Assembly: GCF_037042905.1 (NCBI RefSeq) | Contig: NC_087251.1 | Coordinates: 32,118,001-32,182,000, forward strand | Source of the DNA: Lytechinus pictus | Lineage: Eukaryota | Reading direction: 5' to 3' | Length of the DNA: 64,000 nucleotides | Shown: positions 1 to 12,301 of the stretch, one piece after another | How positions within the stretch are numbered: the stretch's first letter is position 1 | Layout: each line of letters begins with the position of its first letter | The notes under the pieces: model-generated | What the model saw: only the letters and a program-made list of their open reading frames with translations | Databases searched by the model: none | Told to the model about the DNA's origin: nothing | Made by a program: the position numbers and the translations under genes

Positions 1-132
1 TGTATGAAATGTGGATATAGGGGTAATCAAGTATCACTGACAAGTTTTAGGTCACATGATCTGATGATCAAGGTCAAATGTCAATGAACGTAGTATTGTA
101 TCATATGAATGGTGTTTTTTGTGAATAATTAT

Positions 133-1824
133 TAGGTGATCTGTCAATCGACAGATCAACTCTTGATTTCGTACGAATTTTCTTTTTTATTTATTTATTA
201 TTTCTTATTTATTTTTATTTTCCGCCCTTTTCTTGTTAGCACAGAATCTCCAAATCTACACCATCAATTATCTTCAAAATATCATCAGATATGAGGACTT
301 ATCATGTGATGTGTATAAAACAAGTTCAAGGTCAAAAGGTCATCATGACGTCATCTAGACGCCATTTTGTAAAATCATGTTATCAATCATATCTTCATTA
401 TCAATTATCAAAAGTTAACAATATTTACATCACATTAACTTCAGGTCAAGGGTCAACTGTCTATGTCATCAAAGGTCATGTAAAGGTCACGAAGTGCGCG
501 TACGCGCGCGTCAAAATTTTAAAATGCTCAAAATCACTTTTTGACCAAAGTAGAGTACGAATCAGGTCATTTTAAGCATTTCAAAAAATTGCGCACGTTC
601 TCGCGCGTAACGGCACTATGCAACATAGGATCGCCATTTTTTTTCATATCAATGCACCGATAATATAATTCTGAACAATTTGATACCTTGATCAACCTTC
701 TACGACAAGTAATAACGGAATTAGCCTCCATCAAAGTTTACAGCACGCGCGCGCGCGCACACTAACCATTGACAATATATGTGCAAAAACATGCCTATAC
801 AAAACTCATTATAGCTCTTCAGATTGTCCGTTGACCCCCAATTTTTTTTTCATATTCGAATAGAGTATGGATGGGAGATATGATTTCATGTCACATTTGA
901 CCCGAAATTTTATCATGACGTCATATAAATGGCGTCGGAACTCAAAATTCCCATTTTGCTACTTATGACGTCATCATAAATATGCAAATTTGACTCTTAA
1001 CTCAATAAATATTGGTCAATTTTCGCTCATTTTTTCTTTATGTTGTAGCTGAGGACATACTCTTTCTAATGTCATGGCTATATTCACATTTAAAGGAATG
1101 GATCATCCTGAAAAATGGCAAGTTATAGAGGCATGCTCATTTTGTGTGCAATCTCTATGGGAAATGACTTTTTCTCAAAACTGGATTTTACATTCTTCTA
1201 TTTCGCGAGCTATATCTCCATTTCTTTGTGTTGGTTTTCTTTGAGCTTGGAGTATGTTATAGCTGAGATTGTAAGCTATCGGAAGTGTGGTCTCTATTTT
1301 CCGATCAGATGCCGGGATCATGCCCGTATTTCACTTGCAAAATTGGATTTGAGATCCTCTCAATTTGCTATGTGTAAAGTCTATGGGAAATAGTGCTTAT
1401 GTGTATTAGTCTATGGGAAATAGTGTAGCTCAATGGGTAAGGCATGAGACTTGCAATCCTATGGTCGAGGGTTGGAACCTCGGGGTGAACATTTTTTTTT
1501 TTTTTTTTTTTTTCTTTTCAACATTTCACAAATGGTCCTTCATGACCATTACAAGGTATATAAGTTAAAACATTGCACAATAAAATAGTTAAAAAAATCC
1601 TTTTAATATAACATGTACATGTACCATGTGTATCATTTACACCTATTTTCCAAAGTTTCTAATTTCTTTCTTTTCAAGAGTATTCAACACGTTCTTTTTG
1701 TAATAGAAGTTCAGTTTTCAATATGATGATCATATTGATGTCAATAAACATGCTGATTGTCTTCCTGATCATGAAATCAGAGACAGATCACCTAATTCGT
1801 CCTCATGACGAATTAAAATTCTAG
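133..1824 (+). mobile_element. Helentron/HINE-type non-autonomous element, family B
   Basis: 13-bp subterminal inverted repeats TAGGTGATCTGTC (133-145) and GACAGATCACCTA (1782-1794); 5' hairpin tgatctgtc-aatc-gacagatca; 3' hairpin AATTCGTC-ctcat-GACGAATT (1794-1814); ends in CTAG (1821-1824); inserted in a T-run without a TSD. Confidence 0.8.
1423..1490 (+). pseudogene. Degenerate tRNA-like sequence (TGC/Ala-like anticodon loop) or SINE head inside element B
   Basis: A-box-like TAGCTCAATGGGTAAGGC; loop CT-TGC-AA; T-arm-like CGAGG-GTTGGAA-CCTCG; followed by a long T-run. The anticodon stem is mismatched and no acceptor stem can be formed. Confidence 0.6.
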
Positions 1825-2960
1825 TTTTATAGTAGTTTTCAAAATCAGCACTGCTGCTATATTGAATTGCGTGATGCAGGTGAGACCGCCAGAGGCATTC
1901 CACTTGTATAATATGATTGCTGTTATTTTGGCAATGAAATTTAACTTGATAAGTTTTATTTTATATTAATCTCTAAATTGGAACCATAAATCTGTAGTAG
2001 TGAGTGGTAATGATATGAGATTAAGAGCCTTTGCCTTTTAAACATTCTTTCATTAAAAAAAAAGAAATACCCATGACTAAAGCATCAGTGAAATAGCAAA
2101 ATCATTTATATTGTTGCATTTTGCATGAATGATCAGAAGCCACTCGACAAGAAAGGGCTATTGTGAAATTGACACTTAAAATTTGCTTTGTGGTTTTTGA
2201 GGCTTAGCTTTTTTTGCACATCAATGTCAGGTCATTTTAAAGGGGAAATTCACCCTGGTTTCGAATTATTTTTTGAAAAAGCAGAAAAAGACAAGAAAAG
2301 TATGTGAAGATTTGGTGAAAGTCCATCAAAGATCAATAAAGTTTTGATTTTTGTGATTTCAAAATTTTCCTTTTGAAGCCCTCCATCAATTTTTCTAGTC
2401 GTATAATACCCACTTTCAAAAATGGGAATGATTTGATTTTTTACGCAATCATTATGTCATCATCCACAGACCCACTTCTATAGATATTTATACATTTATC
2501 TAGAATATTTTAAATCTTTGTCAATAATTGAACACTGGGAATTTACAGCCGTTATATTACAAAAGCTGTGAGCACCAGAATAGGTATACTAGCTGAGCCG
2601 GGGTAATATAGGGGTGCCTTTTGCACCTAACAAGGGAGATACATGTGATGTATAAATGTTCTTTGTTATTTGAGTTAAACTGCTTTTCATTATAAACTTT
2701 GGCATGGGGAAACCCCTTTGCAAACCATGCAGTCTCCCACCTGTCCATTGAGCATTGATCTATAGAATAATATTTACCTTTCTACATCTCATGATCTGAA
2801 GTCCTTTAAAAGTGTATGAATGGCATTTGCGTTAGGTGTTAGAAATGAAAACGTATTTTTAAGATCATTTGTGTTACAACTTGCAACTTTATGCTTTTCC
2901 TGTTGCACCTATTACAGTAAATCAGCAAAAATAAATCAATGGCTCAATCAAACAGGTCTT

Positions 2961-2964
2961 TATA

Positions 2965-2998
<34 letters not shown>
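2961..2998. repeat. (TA)n microsatellite
   Basis: Direct reading. Confidence 0.95.
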
Positions 2999-3001
<3 letters not shown>

Positions 3002-3424
3002 ATAATAGATAAGCACCCAACCAGAAGCTAGCTTAGATCAAGAAGCATGATTTCTCTTCACACTGGCTTCAACTTTAACTTCCAAATAAATTATTGAGTA
3101 AATTATCTAAGTTTGGTCATGATGAAGAAAATGCATGAAAATAAGTTACCTATCTGAAATTCTTTATTACATTTGTTTTCTTGGCCCCATGATATATTGT
3201 AAGAGATGAATGATGTGCTGAGCTCATTGCAGCTGCCATAGGTCGTGGTCTTTACCTCTAGATGAACCCGAACAATAGATTAGACTATTTCAAAATACCA
3301 GTCTATAATAAAAAGCAGTCAATTTCAGGATATCAATGATGGGGTATTATTCTTAGGCTGCTCAGCCCCTCCAAGATATTTATTTTACTTTTGTACTTTA
3401 AATTCAGTATTTTCTCCAGAGATT

Positions 3425-3620
3425 GTTCCTCCCTCCTCTCCTCCTCCTCCTCTTTCTCCTTCTATTTCTCTTCTTTCTTCTCCTCCTCCTCTCCTCCTCC
3501 TCTTTCTCCTTCTATTTCTATTCTTTCTTCTCCTCCTTCCCTCTTCCTTGTTTTCCTTTTTTTCCTTCTCTTCTTTCCCCATTTCCTTCTCCTTCTCCAT
3601 TACCTTGCCCTTCTCTTTTT
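3425..3620. repeat. Polypyrimidine (CT/CCT/CTT) low-complexity tract
   Basis: About 200 nt almost entirely C/T; the source of three spurious low-complexity ORFs. Confidence 0.9.
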
Positions 3621-3947
3621 TTATTATGATTTCATGCCATCCATCTTAGGAGTCTGTGATGAGGGTGGCCCCAAGAGCCCAGGTTCCCACCTAGATCTAC
3701 CACTGCTTTGAAATATGAACCCAATTTTGTATTCATTATTCATTCTAATTCATATACTTACATCTATATATTATTTTAGTTTCCATTCACTCCTCTATCA
3801 AATGAAATAAACATTATATATATTTGTGTTTCATGTATTCTTTTGATGATTCAGTTTCTAAAGATGAGGGATTATATATTGATAACTTTCCTTTCATCAG
3901 AAATCTTGGGTTTTTACTCACACCACATTTTCTTTCCTCCGATCCAG

Positions 3948-4055
3948 GGATGTTACGTGAACATCGATGACTTCCGATGCAAAGTTCAGTATCTACACGA
4001 GAAGCAAGGCCTTGGACAACTTGCCAAGCGGGTTGGAAACCAGTGTATGTTCTAA
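3948..4055 (+). CDS. Probable terminal coding exon of an unidentified upstream gene (GCYVNIDDFRCKVQYLHEKQGLGQLAKRVGNQCMF*)
   Basis: Polypyrimidine tract plus CAG acceptor ending at 3947; abrupt rise in GC content; only phase 0 stays open (35 codons to TAA); followed by AT-rich, UTR-like sequence. Protein family not recognised. Confidence 0.6.
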   Translation, partial: GCYVNIDDFRCKVQYLHEKQGLGQLAKRVGNQCMF

Positions 4056-5908
4056 ACTTGAGCTAATTATATAAGAGGAAAACAGCTAAAGCCTTTAACC
4101 GTCAGCTTGATGCTGAGATTCAGAGAGATGATATATTTTCTTGGCAAGACCGACAGGAAAGTGATGAAATTGCTTGCGATGTGATATATGATAATGGGCT
4201 GTTTGTATTTTTTGGATAAGATTTTTTTTTGCAGTACTATTTTACATAAATCTTTGCCAAGAATTTGCTGAGTGATTGTTATTTTTTCTATATATAAATC
4301 TTTATAATATAAAAAAAAAATCATATATTTTTAACAATATTGTAGTCATATTTCAAATAGCTTCCAGTGGGATTGTATCATCTTGCCCCTCCCCCCCCCC
4401 CCCCCTCTCTGTGCCAAGAAAGAAATCTCTTTGCTAGCATGCCATATATGTAGATTCTCTTTCTCTTTGTATTTGATGAACAGTTTCAGATATGGTTAGT
4501 ATGGGTCAGCAGATGGAAAGTCATAAATGCATTCTTCAAGAAACAAAAACTGGTGGCATTTTTTCAGTATTTATTCAGAGAACTTTTAAACTAATAAAAC
4601 AATATATTTACATTTGCTTATATGTTAGGTAATAATAATATCAGACATTAGAAATTGAGATTCTTTTCGTGCTCTGAAAAGTGTTGGAAGTCTGATTATT
4701 TAGCCGACCTGTAGTAAATTCTTACATTGTTGAAGCAAGCGAAAAGTTATGAAATCACGGACGCTTGCTGAAATTACAGCATGCTGAAAATTGTCAGTGC
4801 AAATACAACCTGTCTACTGTTTATTATTGAGCATTTCCTCATTTTCTGCTAGAATCAATTGGCACATGATACTTATTCATTAAAACAAAAACAAAAAAAA
4901 ATTTGTGGGATTATACATTCGAGATTCTAGTTCAAATATTGAAAAGAATACATATTTTGCAGGTCAATTTTGACCACTTTAGGGGTTTTCCTTAAACTGA
5001 TGACGAATTGCAGTACCAGTAATAGTAAAAAATAAATAAATAAAAAATTTGTTGGTAAAGATCAGTTGACAGGACCGATGAAGGATCTGAACTTATACTT
5101 CATTTGATGTCATTGATATTCATTTTTATGTCATCATATCATAAGAGGTATGAATACTTATCACTTATTATTTTGAATTTGATGATTTGACACTTGCACG
5201 CGTTGTGGTGCCCGCATTGCCCTACATTGCCAGTGTGGAACATTTTATGACACGACTTGCCTGTATGAGGGCATACATTGTCCCAACACATTCACGGCAT
5301 TGTTGCGACATGTTTCTGCATTGCTTGCGCATAGTTCACACAACATTCGAGGATTGTCCCAAGATGCTTTCAGCAAAAATTCCTGTCACCCTATTCTGTC
5401 GTGCCCAAGTTTTCAATGTGTTGACAAATTTGCACCCATTTCATGCACTGCCACGCCCCTCCCATTCCTTTCAACATGCGTGATCCCTGCATCTGCACGA
5501 AATAAGTTTGTACCCCTGCGCAAACTATGTGGGAACGATAATGCTTGCAAGTATTAATGGGGCTTTGGATGATTCATAAGAGAAAAATTAAACACCCTTT
5601 TAAGAAGCTTTTTCCTTGTTTGGTCACTTTGAATGCAAATGAAATCACATAATAGAGCCTATACTTATAGTGTACACCCGTAGATTAGTGTTTATATTGT
5701 TTTTTATGTTGCTGTTATTTTTGATAAAAGAAAGTGTAGCTAAAATAAATAAGTAAATCTTAGAAATCAAATATTATTTCATGCCAACAGTATGTCAAAG
5801 GAAAGGGGAAACTGGATTTCATTTTTAAAAATTATATCCTTGTAATATGTTTGGGAAGTTCATGCAAACTTTTTATGCATTATGTGTAATATGGAAATAA
5901 GTTTACTT

Positions 5909-6731
5909 TGCAATATATTCTATGATTATAAGTATTCTTTTGTTAAATGTCCGTTAACCTTCAGTTGAAAAACTCTAATATTTACATTTTTATCTTCATT
6001 TGCTTATCCTGTATTTTCTTTTCTCTTTTGTAATATATGATATAATTTGGTGTATAAGTCCTAGCCAGAATAAAATGTATAAAATTGTGTGAGATTTTTT
6101 TTTTAGCTACAGGAACTCCTGTTACTGAAATATATTATGTTCACAAAAGCACTTTTATCGGGATTCCCAGCCCATCAGGGAGATCAGGGAAAATTATTTT
6201 TTCCATTCAAGGAAAAAATCAGGGAATTTGATTTTTTTTTTAATACCTCAAATCAGGGAAAAATACCTCAAATCAGGGAAAATGCCTCAAATGAGGGAAT
6301 AATCAGGGAATTTTGATCAGTGCAATATATTCTATGATTATAAGTATTCTTTTGTTAAATGTCCATTAACCTTCAGTTGAAAAACTCTAATATTTACATT
6401 TTTATCTTCATTTGCTTATCCTGTATTTTCTTTTCTCTTTTGTAATATATGATATAATTTGGTGTATAAGTCCTAGCCAGAATAAAATGTATAAAATTGT
6501 GTGAGTTTTTTTTTAGCTACAGGAACTCTTGTTACTGAAATATATTATGTTCACAAAAGCACTTTTATCGGGATTCCCAGCCCATCAGGGAGATCAGGGA
6601 AAATTATTTTTTCCATTCAAGGAAAAAATCAGGGAATTTGATTTTTTTTTTTAATACCTCAAATCAGGGAAAAATACCTCAAATCAGGGAAAATGCCTCA
6701 AATGAGGGAAAAATCAGGGAATTTTGATCAG
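5909..6731. repeat. Near-identical tandem duplication, unit about 412 bp
   Basis: tgcaatatattctatgattataag... begins at 5909 and again at 6321. The copies differ mainly in homopolymer lengths and a few substitutions. Confidence 0.95.
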
Positions 6732-6940
6732 CGCAAAAGTCGAAAGCACGGAGGTCAGTCAGACTCTGTTTTGTTTGTTGCATATCAAAACATCATCCAT
6801 TGAACGACTGGTTATGGTGGTACTAATTAGTTTTACATTATCGTTTTTATCATGAAAATACATCTTATTCAATGCAATAACTTAGAAAACATGCAAAACT
6901 GGGAATGAGTTTGAATAATTATCAGCGAACTTTTAAACTT

Positions 6941-7469
6941 CATCATGAGAGTAATCAAGTATCACTGAACATCTTTTGTGAGTTTCAGGGCACATGACCA
7001 GGGTCAATGAACTTAGATCATGTTGGGGAATCAAAACGAATTCTTGACCAAGGTTAAGTTTTTGAAATGTCATAACTTTGAAAGGATATGGATCCAGTTA
7101 ATGAAACTTGGACATAAGAGTAATCAAACATCAGTGAACATCCTGTGTGAGTTTGAGGTCACATGACCAAGGTCAATGAACTTTGGCTGTGTTGGGGGTA
7201 TTTGTTGAATTGCCATCATAACTTTGACAGTTTATGCGTCTAATTCATGAAATGTGGACATAAGGGTTATCAAGTATCACTGATTGTCTTGCATAAGTCT
7301 TCGGTCACATGATCAAGGTCAAATGTCATTTAGGGTCAATAAACATAGTACTTGTATTTTATCATATGTTTTTTTTTGTGAATAATTATTCTGTAGCCGT
7401 TTCAAAGTCAGTACTGCTGCTATATTGAATCACATAATTCTGGCAAGACTGCCATAGGCGCTCCACTTG
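6941..7469 (+). mobile_element. HINE family A, 5'-truncated degenerate copy
   Basis: Same internal unit (gtaatcaagtatcactgaacatc...ggtcacatgaccaaggtcaatgaac) and 3' end (ctgctgctatattgaat...gactgccataggcgctccacttg) as the other A copies. Confidence 0.8.
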
Positions 7470-8081
7470 TTACGATATGTTAATGAATTATTAAACAACT
7501 TAATTATTATAAAACAACGGCCTTCAAATGGAGTTTGAGGGGGTATATAGGAATTAGTGTATGGTCAGTTGATCAGGTAGGTGCTTCAAACTACTTCCTC
7601 AGTTTGCCCAAATGCTCTTGAGACTTGGTACACATTGGTTGAGGAGTGAAGACATGCAAGACACATTTTTCTAGTGTGTCCGGTATTGAATCACCCATAC
7701 ATATGTTTTACACATTGGTCATTGTATAGTGCAGGAGTATTGATCAGATTCGGTGATATTAGATATGATTTAGAAAATGTTTGACTAAGTAAATGTGGAT
7801 ACTGTAAATAATAGAATTTTATGATACTATAAAATGGTGATATAACATTTCAGTTTATAGATTACTCATTATGAAATGTGGGTTATTGATATCAAATGTA
7901 ATCCTGATGAATGTTGGTTAATACTGCTTGGTGATATGAAATTATGTCATTTATAGACAAAGCATTTATATGATTTCTAAGAAATAAATCATGTTTATTG
8001 ACGATTCAGTTAAATTATTGTCATTTTCATTGTGAAAATGTGGGGCTCAGTTTGTCTTGTGTATATGATATGGCTATATCA

Positions 8082-8543
8082 CCCGTGGGGGGGGGGGGGG
8101 CCACTTCCATTGACGAGTGGATACCATGCGTGACCAAAAAAAAACACGTAAAAAGTATCTGCTTTTCAAGATAGGGTACGTAACGTAATAAGGGTGTCAA
8201 AAAAAATAATGAAAAAAGGGTATATATTTCGCTAGGAAAATTACGTGTTTATGGTCCAATTTGCGAGGGTATAAAAATACCAAAATATCATTTTGCCCCA
8301 ACAGACGTGTTTAGGGTCCGATTTGAGCGAGGTATGTGGGGTGGTTCTATATAAACCAATGAAAGTTAAGGTAAAGCCGACGTTCGTGATGTAACAATTA
8401 AGATGTCTGTTTGTGGGGTCAATTCAGGGAATACTTGTCAAGGGATGCATTTTCAGAACACGGAAAATGATTGTAGTGTGCTTTTCGAAACTCCATGGTC
8501 ACGCATGGTATCCACTCATCAATGGAAGTGCCCCCCCCCCGGG
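8082..8543. mobile_element. MITE with CCCG...CGGG poly-G/C termini and 8-bp TSD
   Basis: TIR core cacttccattga.gagtggataccatgcgtgacca versus tggtcacgcatggtatccactcatcaatggaagtg; TSD CTATATCA at 8074-8081 and 8544-8551. Confidence 0.85.
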
Positions 8544-9048
8544 CTATATCACCCATTCTCTGTAATGTGTATACTAGAGAGAGAGAGTCTGAAAAGACAA
8601 CTGTTGAACAGTTATCCTTTCAGACTCTCTCTCTTCCCTTATCTTGACAATTCCCCTCCCTCTCACTCTCTTTGTGTCCTTATATCTTATCAGCCCCACA
8701 GGGGAGGGGAGTAAGGGTGACAACCCCTATTTCTTCTGAAGAAAAAAATGAGAGGGGAGGAAGAAAAAAAAGTGCAAAAGTAGAGGTATGGATTTTTGTA
8801 TAATCTCTGCTATTCAAATAATAATAATATAGGTATATTTACCCAGGGTAGCCACTTCAGTTTCGAAAACTGTTCTACCAGCGGGCCCTGCTATTATTAT
8901 TATTAAATGAGAGGGACAAACATCAATTTAATGCCCCATAACATATATACCCCATCAAACTACCAAAAAGTGCTATGTCAGGTCAAATTACCTCAGCTTG
9001 CAATTTGCGCTTACATTGTTTGATTATTGGGGAGATTTGTATAATCAA

Positions 9049-11258
9049 TGAGTCATTGCAAAATGTCTCATTTCGGGTCAGTGTATTAAAAATTTCAGCG
9101 GGTAATCTGGATGCAAAGACTGATTGGCAGCTCGCTTTTCTCACTCACAGCACCCCCCCCCCCCCCACAATCAATGACGCGACAACAATGGCGACGATTC
9201 CCGAGGCTCAAAAAGACCACTGAGATGAAGACTACGTTCATGAATATCAGTTATTTATTATTCATTTGGGGGATTCCCCAAGCTTGTTGGTACGCGCCGG
9301 AGTTGAGGGCACGCGATACTGCGTATGGAATCTGGCTTACGGCCATTGTAACGTCGTAGGTACGAAGGTTAGGATAGGAGCAAGGCAAATTCGAGAGATG
9401 CAGGCAGTGTGACCCCCCCCCCCCCGGCCTGCGAAGAAAAACGAAACAACGAGAGAGATCGAGGGGAAGAGAGAGAGAGAGAGAGGGGGGGGGGGGAGTG
9501 ATTGACACGTGATGGTCAAAGACTCGAACCATCTCCCCTCCTCACTTATATCCCAACCATCCTTAGGAACCTTTAAGTCAGCACTCCAAAAAGCCCTAAA
9601 ACCGTACACGACACACCTCCAGTTTAAACACCTTTATGGCGTCTTTTGAAGGATTCCTACCAAGTACCAAGATTATAGTACCAAAATCAATCAAGATGCA
9701 TGGGCCTTCCTGGTGACATAATGCGCACCGCTGGTCGTTATACCAACTAAACCTACATCACAAGCGACAAGTATATAGTTCGATGTTATAACATCTCTTC
9801 TCAACATATGGAGTATAACCGTCTTTTCTGATGAAATATAATTATCTGGGAAATCCCACGATACTGGAGGATTCCTAGAACTATGAATGATATATAAATC
9901 ATTTTTTCCAATATGTATACAAATAACAACTTGGTAAATTCTGATTTGCTATTCTTTTGGTTTTAAAACAAATCTCTATCCGGCTAGCTATAACTTGTCT
10001 AAATTTATACGGTAGGTATACAGATATAGGCCTTTTTAGGTCTGTGAGTTCAAATAAAAATACACTTATATTTTCAGTGAGCTGATGTCGCACCGTGCTA
10101 GTTTAGAATTGTTTGTGGGAATCCCCAACCGATCTTGGTGGCCCTTTCAGTCAGTCATCTTCATATTGATGTTATTCGGGTCTGTTTCATACGTTCGAGA
10201 AAGCCTGCCACTGAGCTTAGTCGCTTTTCACAGCATTGCACAACGTTTTTATTTGATCTTTCTGATTGAGTCATCTTTGCCAATATACAATAGACTGGAA
10301 ATACTTAAATCGGAATATACACCATGCATATCGCGCAGTATACCGGTATCATGCTTTGTTGTTGGTGTTTTTATCTGGTGAGTAATTCTGCACTCAACGG
10401 CCATCCCCTCTCCCGTATTACTTTTCATTTCATCAGAGTGCCCCCCCCCCGCCATCCTTATACGGCCCCACCGTCTCATTCTCCAACTATTTGAAGTTTA
10501 TTACACTAAGAATGCTGGAACATATATATCACAGGCCTGTGACAGAACTCTATTAATGAGGTTGTATATAATTATTTCGATGGTGAATTAATCATTTCAC
10601 TTTATGTTAATTGTTATAAGCATCATTCTGACCATTTTTATTTTTTTCATTTCATTTTACTTATTAGTGAGGAACCCATTCCAAGATCATTGAAATGTTT
10701 CACAAACGTTGCTTATTAGTCACATTTAAAAAAAGGATTCACATATAATATATTACAGAGGATCACAATCATGAAATTGCGAAAAGGATGATTGATAAGG
10801 TTTCTGGCACTTCCTAATTTTCAGATAACGATTTTCAACTCTCAATATTTTGTAGTTTTCTGAATAATTGCTTGCAAGACTCTTTTCACCGTGTACATAT
10901 CATATTGCATGAACCCCGTTGATCATGAGTATTTTTTTCCCTTCTAATTGTTATATTATGTCTCTACCAAAAAAAATATATTTACATTCAGTGCCCTCTG
11001 ATGAACAAGAATGTTCATGTCTTTAGCTGAAGCTGCCTATTTACATCTACGATGAAATAACATATCTATATGGGCCTATTGAATAATCCCACATAATATA
11101 TTATATTCATACGAGCAAATTATTCACTTAAATTTATCGAATATATGCAGTGTATATTCAAATGCTCATGCGCAGATGATAATAGTATTGACATGTACAT
11201 GCGTGCTATAAGAGGACGTCACATAATATTGGGCGTGGTTATTGCTTTGGGAATCCCC
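9049..11258. promoter_or_regulatory. CpG-richer candidate promoter/enhancer with four NF-kB sites and two AP-1 sites
   Basis: GGGGATTCCC 9269-9278, GGGAAATCCC 9848-9857, GGGAATCCCC 10117-10126 and 11249-11258 (all match GGGRNWYYCC); TGAGTCA at 9049 and 10267; strong donor CTG|GTGAGT at 10378. Confidence 0.55.
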
Positions 11259-12301
11259 TGTATTTTTTAATCAATTATTTGAAGAAAATAAGTCTTAATG
11301 AGATGGCGCTATTCTTTTGCACTGTAATTTCCCTATTGAACATTTATTTGTTCAAACTGTTCCATGATGGTGATATAAAAGGGTGTTTTTAAGACACCAT
11401 TTCATTTTCATCAAACAAATTTCTGAAGTAATTTTAAAGTTGGCATAATTCCATAACATACATGCACAGATACTCTGCTTTTTATATATGTTTTTTTGTA
11501 TATTGGATTTGTGGTTGAAACTTTTGATATACTGAACTTACAAATAAAGGAGGATTTTAAGGCCCACTTATCAGTGGCGTAATGAGCCAACAATTTCAAG
11601 GGGCGAGTATATATCGCGCAAAAATTACGAGTGAGTGAAGCAAGCGAGCAAAATTTTTGAAATTTCATTATATTGTGATAGATTTTGACATAGGCCTAGT
11701 ATTCAGAAAATAATATAACATTTCACTCTTCTCTCTTTCCTTTTCTCTTTTTTAGGGGGTAATGTTTTTTGGGTGACAATTAAGCGCCCCCAAGCCCCCT
11801 TCCCCCATCTGTACGCCAAGGTTACTTATGCCTATCATGAAAAGGGCATCGTTGAAGAAAGAGCTGCAATCAAAAGTAACTTTAAAATCATATGCAACTT
11901 CATTTTAATCCAATCAAAGGCGTGCATTAGGGATTCTTTCTGCCACAGACATTGAGGCCTCAGGATATATTTTACTATTAAAAATAGTGAAAGATCGAAG
12001 CGCGAGCAGAAATACTTGAATTAATTTGAAAACGGATATTTCAAACACCGTTTAATTCCATTGAATGTGATGCGATTACGAAGAGCAAGTGGTAGTTTTG
12101 TTTTTAAAAAGTGATCTGAAAGTTTTTTTTAATTTCCAATATTTCCCCTCCCGTTATTATTTTCACCCGGTATTTTCATTAACTCTTTCGTCGTTTTTAT
12201 TTTTGTTTTTCTCATTGTTAGGGCCGCCTTTAAAGGACCAAAGCCTATTTGCCCCCCCCCCCCCCCCGATTCTCCTATGTTGAGACCGAGCTTCAATTTT
12301 T

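Larger units (their letters stand above)
1..1906 (+). mobile_element. Helentron/HINE-type non-autonomous element, family A (3' part; interrupted at 133-1824 by a family B element)
   Basis: 1-132 and 1825-1906 join to give the same 3' sequence as the intact copy at 13501-13614 (gtgaat.attat|tttatagtagttttcaaa...atgcagg.gagac.gccagaggc.ttccacttg). Confidence 0.75.

Noticed and set aside
1423..1490. Functional tRNA-Ala gene
   Set aside because: No acceptor stem, a mismatched anticodon stem and an altered B box (GTTGGAA).
3385..3711. Three overlapping ORFs (Glu/Arg-rich, Ser/Phe-rich, Leu-rich)
   Set aside because: Artefacts of the CT-rich low-complexity tract.
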